Shown piece by piece: positions 26,758-36,153 of a DNA stretch of 52,965 nt; the stretch's first letter is position 1; every line of letters begins with the position of its first letter. The notes beneath the pieces are model-generated. The model saw nothing but the letters and a program-made list of their open reading frames with translations. It was not told where the DNA came from and made no database searches. The DNA lies in the IMG/VR virus record IMGVR_UViG_3300028743_000008, positions 1 to 52,965 of that record; one strand, written 5' to 3'. This DNA is from a virus. Its lineage: Duplodnaviria; Caudoviricetes. The position numbers and the translations under genes were made by a program.

Positions 26758-27543
26758 ATGATCTTATACGAGAATAATATATCGCCCTTAGCTTTTGTTG
26801 AATCCCTTGATCAGCAAAGTCAGAATAGGGATTACGCTTACGGGCAAATTGTACCTCTGTGTATGCCCGTAAACTATATTATACCCTTTCAGGTCTGCGT
26901 TTCTTCTACGATAACGGCTATAAGTAAGGTTTATCTCTGTAACGTTAACGACCTAACCGAGACGGATATTACGAGTAAGCTTACTTCGCTTTCTGTTATT
27001 ACCGAAGACGGGTATAACATAATAAAGTATAATCCGAGAGACACTTTGCTTGTAGATTCTCTTCCAGAGGGAGAATACTACTTAAGGATTGAGTCGTCTA
27101 ACGGACTTATGCTTTATTCCGAGATTATAGCCCTTACTTCTTCCTATATCGACTATACCCGTATAGAGTATTCTAATACAGTTGATCTTAAACCTAATTT
27201 TGGTATTATAAGTTTTTCCGACGGCTTCAAGTTTGTGGTATTTATAAACACTCAGTTGGGTCGGCCGGATTATACTTTTGAGGAGGAATCAGTTACTCGA
27301 CTAGGGTATACCTATGAGGAAGTTAAGACGAGTAAGAAGAAATACAATTTCAACTTTACGGCCCTTGAATACCTATGTGATGCACTAAGAGTAATATCCC
27401 TTTGTGATACTAGAAAAGTGAGTGATAAGTACGGAGATCATTATCCGAATACTTTCTCGACAACTATGTCATGGTTAGATCAAGGATATTTGGCCGAGGT
27501 AAAGGCTTCTTTCGAAGCTGATAATATAATAGCTAATATATAA
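26758..27543 (+). CDS. Tail (distal/baseplate-type) protein; paralog of the N-terminus of the next gene
   Basis: 261 aa; shares NNISP, DYAYG, PFQV, EYLCDALR and WLDQGYLAEV with 27548-32155. Confidence 0.75.
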   Translation: MILYENNISPLAFVESLDQQSQNRDYAYGQIVPLCMPVNYIIPFQVCVSSTITAISKVYLCNVNDLTETDITSKLTSLSVITEDGYNIIKYNPRDTLLVDSLPEGEYYLRIESSNGLMLYSEIIALTSSYIDYTRIEYSNTVDLKPNFGIISFSDGFKFVVFINTQLGRPDYTFEEESVTRLGYTYEEVKTSKKKYNFNFTALEYLCDALRVISLCDTRKVSDKYGDHYPNTFSTTMSWLDQGYLAEVKASFEADNIIANI

Positions 27544-27547
27544 CAAT

Positions 27548-30500
27548 ATGATTTTAGTAAGCAATAATATATCACCCATACCTTTTTATGAGGACCTATC
27601 CTTTCAGGAGCACAATAAAGATTATGCCTACGGAGAGATATTTAGGTTAGTAATGCCCTCTAATTATATTCTCCCTTTTCAAGTTGTTATTGACCCTCTT
27701 ATAACAACGGTTTCTAAGATCGAGATCATTAACTTTGAGACAAATGATATTCAGGATATTACAGCTTTAATGACTGCTAGGGGGCTAACAGTTAAACAGA
27801 TGGGCGATTATAACATATTGAAATATGTGGGCGCCGATTTTGCGGGATCATTTGAAGTGGGAACTTATTATCTGAAAGTAACATTTACCCAGGGGAGTGT
27901 TCTGTACTCCGATCTGATAAATCTAGTGGATTCGGTAGATCAGTATATAAAGATAACTTACTATAACTCATTCAGTATAGGCTTTACACAGGGAACGATA
28001 GATTTCACAGAGAACTTTAAGTTCGTCGTATATCTCGATTCCCAGGTAGGAAAGCCCGAATATGATTTCGAGGAGGCTTCTCAGGCTCGAGGCGGATATA
28101 CCTTTATCGAGAGTCAGAGTAGCGTAAAGAAGCACAAGTTCATTTGCGTTGCTCCCGAGTATTTATGCGACGCCCTAAGAATAGTCAGACTTTGCGATAA
28201 TAAGGAAGTATACAGTAGGGGATTGACTTACTCCCCGACGCTCTTTAATATAGAAGTGAAATGGCTGGATCAAGGATACTTAGCCGAGGTAGACGCCGAT
28301 TTCACAACGGATACAAACATATCATCCATAGCTGGATTTTATGGGATGGCTAGCGGCTCGGATGAGCAAGGCGGCGGGGGGACAGGCGGCGACATAACTA
28401 TAGTAAAAACGACGGACTTAACTACGGCTTTAACTAATGACAATGTCTTTTCTTCTCTCAGGTCTTTGCAAGAAATCGCGAATAAATCGGTGTCTAGGTT
28501 AAACGATGATACCGTCAATGGAAATATATCCTTTGCTAAAGACATATATGTCTCGGGAAAGGCTACAGCTAGTGAGATTGATGCACCGGAGGTAAAGGGG
28601 ATGAACGGAACGTTTGCTAATTTGCTTAAGGCTGCGGCATGTACGATCGTTGGATTAGCTACGCTAGGGAGCGTCGAAGCCACTAATCTTCATTCCATAT
28701 CGGGAACGGTAGATAGTTTATACGGAAATACGGGAACTTTCCTAGGCGCTCTTTCTTCTGCGGGAATAGAGAGTTCTAAGGGCGGTTTATTCTACGGACA
28801 GTATTCTCCTTTCCCCTCGGGGTTAGGGACTTACGTGGCCGATTATGTATCACCAACATACGGGGCTCGTGTATTAGCCTATGATGGAGTCAACTACCAG
28901 AAATTATCTCTAGGACGATTAATAGGGTCCAATTTTCAGTTGAACCTAAATGCCGATGGGACGTCCAATTTTGGTGACGATTTAACGGTTTCAGGTTCAT
29001 TAACTGTGCAAGGTATAGAGAGTTCCGAGGGCGGGATATTCTACGGACAGTATCCTTCATTTCCTTTAGGTAAGGGTACTTATGTGGCTAACTATGTTTC
29101 ATCTCAGTATGGCGCACGCGTGTTGGCCTATAATGGCGCAGCCTATCAGGACCTGGCTCTTGGAGCTATGCCCACGACTAACGTCTTTTCGGAGGTGCTA
29201 AGAGCAAACGGAAATATTAATTTTGGGTACGGTATAGGAACTAGTAATTATACTAGCCAATTAACCGGTTGGAATCTAGGGGCGGACGGAAAGTTAGATG
29301 TTCGAAAAATATATTCTGACGAGATAAGCACTCAGGCGTTTACTGCACAAGTAAGTCAGGCTTTAGCAGGTTCTGATTTTCTCACAAAATCGGTAAGCAA
29401 ACTATCTTACAATTTTGTGATTCCGAGTTCTGTAGGCGGATCGTCTCAATTAATCGTAGACGATTTAGAGGGATTCCCTGCAACTCAATGTTTTGCGAAT
29501 GGCGACTATATTAGATTGCGCCCTATCAATAAGAGTGCTGGGCTAGTCATAGGCAATGCATACGGAACGATAGTGCTTGATACAACATACGGAACTAATG
29601 GCTTTCTAAACGGTACACAGGCGTATACTTTTACTGTGACTTCGCTAAGTAACGCATCAGGAATTACAGTATTCAAGGGCTCAGAAGTTTTAGATTACGG
29701 CATTTCGGGGAGTGGCTTGATCAAAAGGACTACATTAGATAGCGCGGGTAGTCCCTATATGGATATTGACACTTGGGTTACTGATCCGTCCATTTCTACC
29801 AATTATACAGTACATGCGCGATTGGGCAATCTTAGCGGTATTGCTAACTGTAGTGGATATGGATTATATTCTAACAAAGCATTCTTGACGGAAAGTATTC
29901 TTGTAGGTGATCTTACAAAGGCGGGTAACTACATGGAATACGCAGGCAACGCCCTGAATATACATGCAAATCTATATGTGACAGGTGGCAACGCAGCTAC
30001 TAATGATTCGGTTAATACCGCTATAAATAATGTTCAAATAGGTGGAACTAATTTATTTTCAGGGACAAAAGATTTAGGCGGATTAGGTACTCATGGTACG
30101 TATACAAATAATGATTATCTTGGATTCACCTCGGTAAGCTATAATGATTGGACTAGTTATTTTGATATATGCTATCAAAATGCAGCTATTAATTTTAACA
30201 TAAATCAGTATTATACCCTTTCTTTTTATGCTAAATCTACAGTGGAAGGTGACACAATACTCTCTTATTTCTACCCAAATTTAAATGATCAGATTGGTGA
30301 CGGGCATACACCAACAAACTTAACTACAGAATGGAAAAGGTATTCAATAACGTGGTATAGGCAGTACAGCGATGCTGTTGCTGTAATTGTTGCCCGTATG
30401 TACCCGGGGCATGGTAGTGGCACTGTTTCTGTATGCGGAGTGAAATTAGAGGAAGGAACAAAGGCAACTTCATGGTCACTTGCCCCATCAGAAACGCCAA

Positions 30501-32155
30501 CTGAAACAGCTATCAAAGCAGCGTTTTCATTGTCTGGTGATAATATTTCTTTATTTGGAAAAACAATAAACATAAGCGGGGCAGCTGTATTCAGTTCGTT
30601 GGCTACAAATGATTCTGTAAGTACCGCAATTTCCAATATTCAGGTAGGTGGAACGAACTTATTGAGTTATACTTCGGACTTGTCTACGTGGGTAAAAGAT
30701 AATTCAGAATATGGTGTAATTGGAACGGTAGAAAAACAAGAAGATGGAAGTGTTTTAATTACTGATAATACGTCTAATACTAGATTGATTTATTATGGTA
30801 CAGGTCCGGCAAACTCAGTTCCGGCTTATCCAAACACGAAGTACACTGTTTCTATAAAGTTTAAAAAACAAAGTGGTACACCAACATTTAGATGGCAATT
30901 ACAAGAATATCAAAATGATACTCATATTTCAACAACATGGACACAAGATCTTGCTGGTCATGTAAAGGATATAGATGGGTGGCAAACTGTATATGCAACT
31001 ATAGAAACATCATCTATTACAACTGGACTTGTTCTACTATTCCAGGACGGAGAAGATTATACGCCATACGTACATAGTTTTTACTTAAAAGAGCCAAAGC
31101 TAGAGATCGGAATTAAGGCTACTGATTGGTCACCCTCTCCTGATGATTTCGCTATTAGTATAGGTTATTCATCTTACGCTGATATGGTAGCAAAGGCAGC
31201 AGCTAATCAAACAATTATTAATGGAGGATATATAAGGACATCTCTAATAGAAGCCGGAGCAATAGTAGCTGACAAAATAGCCGCAGGTGCAATCACAGCA
31301 GATAAGATAGCTGCACAGGTTATTACAACCGCGAAATTAAGCGCGGATTTGTTCGATGGCAACTATATTAATGCGAACTACATTAATGCGGCTACCATAC
31401 TTACAAATGCACTTACCGCGGGAACTATTGTTGCGGGAAACGCCACTATCACAAACCTTACTGTAGATAGCGGAAAATTTACTAATGCTACAGTAACAGG
31501 AAATATAACTGCAACAACAGGTAAAATAGGGGCTTTTACACTTAATGCAGATGGAACTTTAAAATCTTCTTATTATCAAACTACTATGACGCTTTTAGCC
31601 TCAGGAATGGAGATGGAAAGTGTATCATCCCCGCAGAGGGTAAAACTATGGGAAACTTGTTTGAATGTAGAATCTGATTATCAGTTAATTGGACCAGCTT
31701 ATATTTCTTGCACGCAGACAGATTACCCAAATAAAGGGAATGTTGCTCTTATGTTAGAGGCTGCCGGTTCAACTAGCGGGGATTCAGATTCAACGGGATA
31801 TGGCGGTAATCATGCAATATTTATACAACACGGGTATATAAGTGGATTTAACCTACATATCAGAAGAATAACGGCAAGCCAAACGCTAAGTAAATATGAT
31901 AATATTATTATATGCAAAAATACTTCTGATATAAATGTAACTCTGCCTTCCGTTGCTGGGGATGGGCATTTATATAAGATTAAGAATGCGGGTACTGCTA
32001 GTATATATGTACTTACTCAAAGTGGCGCAGTCATTAATAGCGGAAAGACTAATAGAATAACATCCTGGGGGAGCATCCCCGACGGTAGAATTATGGAATT
32101 TTGGTATGACAAAGTAAATCTTGTTTGGGAAGCAGGATATTCACAATGGGATTAA
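27548..32155 (+). CDS. Large tail fibre / receptor-binding protein
   Basis: 1535 aa, G/T/S/N-rich; two carbohydrate-binding-like domains (GGTNL...KLExGxKATxWS); IxADKIAA repeats; ARLGNLSGI motif. Confidence 0.85.
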   Translation: MILVSNNISPIPFYEDLSFQEHNKDYAYGEIFRLVMPSNYILPFQVVIDPLITTVSKIEIINFETNDIQDITALMTARGLTVKQMGDYNILKYVGADFAGSFEVGTYYLKVTFTQGSVLYSDLINLVDSVDQYIKITYYNSFSIGFTQGTIDFTENFKFVVYLDSQVGKPEYDFEEASQARGGYTFIESQSSVKKHKFICVAPEYLCDALRIVRLCDNKEVYSRGLTYSPTLFNIEVKWLDQGYLAEVDADFTTDTNISSIAGFYGMASGSDEQGGGGTGGDITIVKTTDLTTALTNDNVFSSLRSLQEIANKSVSRLNDDTVNGNISFAKDIYVSGKATASEIDAPEVKGMNGTFANLLKAAACTIVGLATLGSVEATNLHSISGTVDSLYGNTGTFLGALSSAGIESSKGGLFYGQYSPFPSGLGTYVADYVSPTYGARVLAYDGVNYQKLSLGRLIGSNFQLNLNADGTSNFGDDLTVSGSLTVQGIESSEGGIFYGQYPSFPLGKGTYVANYVSSQYGARVLAYNGAAYQDLALGAMPTTNVFSEVLRANGNINFGYGIGTSNYTSQLTGWNLGADGKLDVRKIYSDEISTQAFTAQVSQALAGSDFLTKSVSKLSYNFVIPSSVGGSSQLIVDDLEGFPATQCFANGDYIRLRPINKSAGLVIGNAYGTIVLDTTYGTNGFLNGTQAYTFTVTSLSNASGITVFKGSEVLDYGISGSGLIKRTTLDSAGSPYMDIDTWVTDPSISTNYTVHARLGNLSGIANCSGYGLYSNKAFLTESILVGDLTKAGNYMEYAGNALNIHANLYVTGGNAATNDSVNTAINNVQIGGTNLFSGTKDLGGLGTHGTYTNNDYLGFTSVSYNDWTSYFDICYQNAAINFNINQYYTLSFYAKSTVEGDTILSYFYPNLNDQIGDGHTPTNLTTEWKRYSITWYRQYSDAVAVIVARMYPGHGSGTVSVCGVKLEEGTKATSWSLAPSETPTETAIKAAFSLSGDNISLFGKTINISGAAVFSSLATNDSVSTAISNIQVGGTNLLSYTSDLSTWVKDNSEYGVIGTVEKQEDGSVLITDNTSNTRLIYYGTGPANSVPAYPNTKYTVSIKFKKQSGTPTFRWQLQEYQNDTHISTTWTQDLAGHVKDIDGWQTVYATIETSSITTGLVLLFQDGEDYTPYVHSFYLKEPKLEIGIKATDWSPSPDDFAISIGYSSYADMVAKAAANQTIINGGYIRTSLIEAGAIVADKIAAGAITADKIAAQVITTAKLSADLFDGNYINANYINAATILTNALTAGTIVAGNATITNLTVDSGKFTNATVTGNITATTGKIGAFTLNADGTLKSSYYQTTMTLLASGMEMESVSSPQRVKLWETCLNVESDYQLIGPAYISCTQTDYPNKGNVALMLEAAGSTSGDSDSTGYGGNHAIFIQHGYISGFNLHIRRITASQTLSKYDNIIICKNTSDINVTLPSVAGDGHLYKIKNAGTASIYVLTQSGAVINSGKTNRITSWGSIPDGRIMEFWYDKVNLVWEAGYSQWD

Positions 32156-32175
32156 TAATTTAAAAATAAGATAAA

Positions 32176-32613
32176 ATGAAAGTAAAAGTAAAATTTACAG
32201 CCAAAGAGGAAGAAGCCGTTATTAAAGACGGCAAAGAAGTAAAGGAAGTAAAGGTCTATAAAGACGCCATACAATTGTACGACTTTAATAAGAAGCCTAT
32301 GGCGGCTAAAGACTTTGGTAAAAACATGGCCAATAATTTGATCGTGGAAAAAGTCCCGGTCGAGTGTCAAGACGATCCCGTTGGGTGGGGTCATTTCATA
32401 GACGCTCTATACTACAGCGCGGGTAAGGAGTTTGAGGCCGAGGACAAGTATCTTCGCATCCTTAAGGACTATTCGGTTAAGCACTTCTCGAGCCTGATAG
32501 TCTATGCCCTATGGGAGCTTATTGATACGGCTATCGCTAATGCCGTTGCTGACGAAGCCGTTGCTAGTGCCGCAAAAGCGAAGGAAGGTTTAAAACAATA
32601 TAATAAAAAGTAA
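32176..32613 (+). CDS. Hypothetical protein (possible fibre chaperone)
   Basis: 145 aa immediately after the fibre gene. Confidence 0.65.
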   Translation: MKVKVKFTAKEEEAVIKDGKEVKEVKVYKDAIQLYDFNKKPMAAKDFGKNMANNLIVEKVPVECQDDPVGWGHFIDALYYSAGKEFEAEDKYLRILKDYSVKHFSSLIVYALWELIDTAIANAVADEAVASAAKAKEGLKQYNKK

Positions 32614-32617
32614 GATC

Positions 32618-32905
32618 ATGGATTACAAGGAAACGTCCAAAACAACTGCAATCGAATTTTCCGCTACGATCGGAGACTTCCTTTACAAAGGCTCATACAA
32701 GTATGATGCCGAAGGAGCCATTACTAATTTTAATGGGGGTATATATAAAGACACTGTGTTTGCTGGCAATTTCAGCATGGATAACTCAGGGGCCTTGAAT
32801 TTAACGGGGGTGCTTGTTCGCGCCGACGGAGTGCTTCACGCAACTAATGCAGGCGCGGTCATTGACTACGTTGTAGGGGTAGTAAAAGATGCAATATCAA
32901 AATGA
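32618..32905 (+). CDS. Hypothetical protein
   Basis: 95 aa in the operon. Confidence 0.7.
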   Translation: MDYKETSKTTAIEFSATIGDFLYKGSYKYDAEGAITNFNGGIYKDTVFAGNFSMDNSGALNLTGVLVRADGVLHATNAGAVIDYVVGVVKDAISK

Positions 32906-32936
32906 TATGTTTAATTCGTTTAAAAGAAAGAAGAAA

Positions 32937-33236
32937 ATGTTTGTAGAAAGCAAAAGAATCTCAACGGTTAAAGGAACCGCTTTGGGAACAGCCTCTTACA
33001 TGTATGAAATCTCATACACGGAAGAAGACAAAGAGGCTAAAGACCTTGTTATGAAAGTGAGTAAACCCGTCGAAGGCGGGAGTACACCCTTGGAAATAGG
33101 AACCGTCCAGAATGTTGATGGCGTTCTTGAAATTAACCTGACTGAGGACGATCATTTGGTTCAGGTGGTACAGGACTACAAGGCTATAGTTGAAGATATT
33201 GGAGGAATCCATACAGGCGGAGCCGCTGGGAAATGA
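32937..33236 (+). CDS. Hypothetical protein (start uncertain: 32889, 32907 or 32937)
   Basis: A-rich leader before the ATG at 32937; ATGA overlap with the next gene. Confidence 0.6.
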   Translation: MFVESKRISTVKGTALGTASYMYEISYTEEDKEAKDLVMKVSKPVEGGSTPLEIGTVQNVDGVLEINLTEDDHLVQVVQDYKAIVEDIGGIHTGGAAGK

Positions 33237-33628
33237 AGAAAGAGTATACTATATATCTGATTCGATTATTGAAGTATTATCCGATAGTCTATAGCGTAGA
33301 AGTGTTAGTACTTCTATCCTTATATTGCTTTGGGATCGACGTATCCAATTGGATTTACTGCGCAACCGGAGCTTGTTTATATAGTATACTCATCTGTTTT
33401 GTATCTTCGTTTGTATTTCAATTTTGTGCATGGTATAGAGTGCTTTGCTTCTCGTCAACGGCGTATATTATTTTTGAATGGATAAATGTAAATATTATAA
33501 AAATAAATAATTACCTTTACATCTCTCAAGTAATAATAATATTCGGAATGCTTTCAGCACTAATTATATTTGTACATGGAAAAAGAACTAATAAAAGACA
33601 TTATAAGGGCTCTAAAAAGACTGATTAA
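33233..33628 (+). CDS. Membrane protein (about 4 TM helices)
   Basis: Multiple hydrophobic helices and a basic tail. Confidence 0.75.
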   Translation: MKKEYTIYLIRLLKYYPIVYSVEVLVLLSLYCFGIDVSNWIYCATGACLYSILICFVSSFVFQFCAWYRVLCFSSTAYIIFEWINVNIIKINNYLYISQVIIIFGMLSALIIFVHGKRTNKRHYKGSKKTD

Positions 33629-33836
33629 GAAACTCGAAAGCGGGGATTGCGATAGCCTTACACCCGAACAACTAAAAGAGCTTAATGCTGGGTTTAAGAA
33701 AATACTTAACGTGGAAAGGGGGATAGATTATGACTTTACAACAAATGATAGCGATATTTGGGACGCCTGGCGTTCTTTACTTCGTTCTATATTATCGTTT
33801 GGTCAAAAGGGGCCTAAGGATAAGAGTAAAGAATGA
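33576..33836 (+). CDS. Small helical protein overlapping both neighbours
   Basis: MEKELIKDIIRALKRLIKKLESG amphipathic N-terminus; fills the 33628-33730 gap. Confidence 0.5.
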   Translation: MEKELIKDIIRALKRLIKKLESGDCDSLTPEQLKELNAGFKKILNVERGIDYDFTTNDSDIWDAWRSLLRSILSFGQKGPKDKSKE

Positions 33837-34107
33837 AGAGATCGAGGCTATAACAAAGGTCACCCATACCCTCGAGCTTGAGATTGAGCGAAAGGACAGG
33901 GAGAATATAGCGATTAGAGAAAGATTGACCGCAGTAGAAACGGAGCAAACAAGCCTTAAGAGAGGGCAGGCAATACTTGAGACCCGAGACATGAATAATG
34001 TAATTGCCTTGGCTGCCGTTTCCCAATGTGACCACCCTGAAAAAGAATGCCCTATTTGTAATAAGATGGGGGAGTTAAGAAAACGATATGATAACAAGGA
34101 TAAATAA
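33730..34107 (+). CDS. Single-TM coiled-coil protein (holin/antiholin-like)
   Basis: N-terminal TM helix, coiled coil, C-terminal Cys cluster; directly before the endolysin. Confidence 0.6.
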   Translation: MTLQQMIAIFGTPGVLYFVLYYRLVKRGLRIRVKNEEIEAITKVTHTLELEIERKDRENIAIRERLTAVETEQTSLKRGQAILETRDMNNVIALAAVSQCDHPEKECPICNKMGELRKRYDNKDK

Positions 34108-34114
34108 AAAGTAG

Positions 34115-34681
34115 ATGAACAAAGACATTATTAATTCGGCAAAGAAGCAGGCTACATTAAGACCCGCCTCTTTACTTACCATCGTCGACGTGGAGACAGG
34201 CGGCGAAGGTTTTGACCCGGCAACGGGCAAACCTATCATAAGGTTCGAAAAAACCTGGTTCAGAAAATATCAGCCCGAAGCCGACCCAAACGGTAAGTGG
34301 AACAATACTAAAGTGGGCACTCAACCGGGGGCATGGATAGCTTTTAATGACGCCTTCGCCATTAACCCGAGGGCCGCTATGATGGCCACTTCGATAGGAG
34401 TTGGTCAAATTATGGGATTTAATTACGCCCTTCTTGGATATAAGACCGTAGACGATATGTGGAACGATGCAAAGAAGGACTTGGATATGCAGCTTAATCA
34501 AATGATCCGTTTTATAACGGCCAACAGGAGATTAAAGACAGCCGTAGACAACTTAGATTGGACTACAGTGGCCACTATTTACAACGGAGCCGGATTCCGG
34601 GAGCTCGCTAAGAAACTAAAGAGAACGCCTTATGACATTTCGCTAAGGCAGGCGTATATGAAATACGAAAAATTACTGTAA
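34115..34681 (+). CDS. Endolysin, N-acetylmuramidase (DUF3380 family)
   Basis: VETGGEGF, PIIRFE, TSIGVGQIMGFNY and ATIYNG motifs. Confidence 0.9.
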   Translation: MNKDIINSAKKQATLRPASLLTIVDVETGGEGFDPATGKPIIRFEKTWFRKYQPEADPNGKWNNTKVGTQPGAWIAFNDAFAINPRAAMMATSIGVGQIMGFNYALLGYKTVDDMWNDAKKDLDMQLNQMIRFITANRRLKTAVDNLDWTTVATIYNGAGFRELAKKLKRTPYDISLRQAYMKYEKLL

Positions 34682-34682
34682 T

Positions 34683-34916
34683 ATGAAAAAGTTATACGAG
34701 GCCCTTGTGGCCAAATGGAAGGCCGAAACACCTATTTTATATAAATGGGTCATTAAGATTTCGGCTACGATTGCGGGCCTTACCGTTGCGGTTAATGAGG
34801 CCCTGGACTTAAATGGAGCAGTTAAACCTGATTGGTTCGTATCCTCCTACTTTTATATCATAGGGATCACTGCGGGAATCGCATTTTTATCTAAATTCAC
34901 CGAAAAAAAGCAATGA
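34683..34916 (+). CDS. Holin (2 TM helices)
   Basis: 77 aa with two TM helices, adjacent to the endolysin. Confidence 0.7.
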   Translation: MKKLYEALVAKWKAETPILYKWVIKISATIAGLTVAVNEALDLNGAVKPDWFVSSYFYIIGITAGIAFLSKFTEKKQ

Positions 34917-35569
34917 GTATGATGACATGGAAAAATATCAAAGCGCTTCTTCTGATAGTTGGAGCGCTGTTAATTATCTTTCTTTTGTACTTTAGCATAA
35001 ATACTTACAAAGAGAAAAACCGATTACAGAAGAATCAATCGGCCCTCTTAGTCGGTATGCAGAGGTACAAGATATTGGATAGTTTGAATGCCGCTAAAGT
35101 AGGGGTATTGACTCTTTCTATTGGGGAGATAAAGGCTAATAAAAAGGAGGACCTAAAAGACATTACGAAACTAGGTATTAGTAACAATGATCTAGTTGCC
35201 TACTCAAAGGCCGAGTTACAGCAATCCTATAATATTAATTCTAAGTTACGTGATTCACTAATTCGGGTAAAGGCAAACGTTAAGGGCTCTCTGATCCACG
35301 ATACGACTACGCAGTACATAGACACTTGTAAAACGTTTAATTATAAGTCTAAATGGTTTGACGCTCAGGGTCTGATATGTAAAGATAATATATCCCTTCG
35401 AGCGCAATCACGAGACTCCCTTGTATCAGTGGAGCATACGATCCCAAAAAAGATATGGTTTATACGACTCCCGAAATGTATATTTGGTTATAAATCATTA
35501 CAATATGACATCTATTCGAAAAACCCTAATACATCAATTATGGGCATCGAATACGTGAAAACAAAATAA
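34913..35569 (+). CDS. Spanin-like lysis protein (DUF6549-like)
   Basis: N-terminal TM helix, RLQKNQSALL, C-terminal SKNPNT; last gene of the lysis cassette. Confidence 0.6.
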   Translation: MSMMTWKNIKALLLIVGALLIIFLLYFSINTYKEKNRLQKNQSALLVGMQRYKILDSLNAAKVGVLTLSIGEIKANKKEDLKDITKLGISNNDLVAYSKAELQQSYNINSKLRDSLIRVKANVKGSLIHDTTTQYIDTCKTFNYKSKWFDAQGLICKDNISLRAQSRDSLVSVEHTIPKKIWFIRLPKCIFGYKSLQYDIYSKNPNTSIMGIEYVKTK

Positions 35570-35588
35570 GATTAGGCAGAAGTAAAGT

Positions 35589-35620
35589 AATATGGCCCGG
35601 GGAATCCTTCGGGCCATATT
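35589..35620 (+). terminator. Hairpin ending the late operon
   Basis: AATATGGCCCGGGG-AAT-CCTTCGGGCCATATT; U tract is weak. Confidence 0.65.
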
Positions 35621-35701
35621 GATTATCAGCCACTTAGTATACCTTAACAAAAATAAATTCTTATTTAACACAAAATATTTTTTTCTCTCGGATAAAGCAA
35701 T

Positions 35702-35709
35702 TATTTTTG
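35702..35709 (+). promoter_or_regulatory. Bacteroidota -7 element for the replication operon
   Basis: TATTTTTG 33 nt upstream of the ATG at 35743. Confidence 0.55.
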
Positions 35710-35742
35710 TAACCGTAATCAAGAAACAAAAATAACAATATA

Positions 35743-36135
35743 ATGAAAAAGAGAAAGTATTTTAATATCGAGCAACTCATAAAGACTTATGCGATCGACA
35801 CGGACGATATAGCAAAGGTTCTTTTTCCTAGGGTGAAATACCCTAAGCAGGCCTTTGCTCGTATTGTATCCGGAGAAGCTGAGCTAGAGTATTCCCAATT
35901 AGAAAAGCTAGCGGATTATGTAGGATTATCCTTATCCGATATGTTCGAGGATCAGTGGAAAGGCTATTTCAAAGACGGCATCCTTAGAATAAAGAAAGGG
36001 GAAGTCGAGGCTAAGTTCAACTGTGGGGGTAATTTTGTCTCTCTATATAAAAACGGAGAGTTCATTGAACACTATGTGGTAAACACGGCCCTATTATCTA
36101 TGAAGGAATTACTAAAAAAGATAGAATCTTTATAA
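35743..36135 (+). CDS. XRE-like helix-turn-helix regulator
   Basis: DIAKVLFP..FARIVSGEAELEYSQLEKLADYVGLSLSDMF resembles an XRE domain. Confidence 0.65.
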   Translation: MKKRKYFNIEQLIKTYAIDTDDIAKVLFPRVKYPKQAFARIVSGEAELEYSQLEKLADYVGLSLSDMFEDQWKGYFKDGILRIKKGEVEAKFNCGGNFVSLYKNGEFIEHYVVNTALLSMKELLKKIESL

Positions 36136-36153
36136 ATAAATATTTTAATAATT

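Noticed and set aside
27548-32155. Diversity-generating retroelement or invertible shufflon acting on the tail fibre
   Set aside because: No reverse transcriptase or recombinase gene; the internal repeats differ at all base types, not only at adenines
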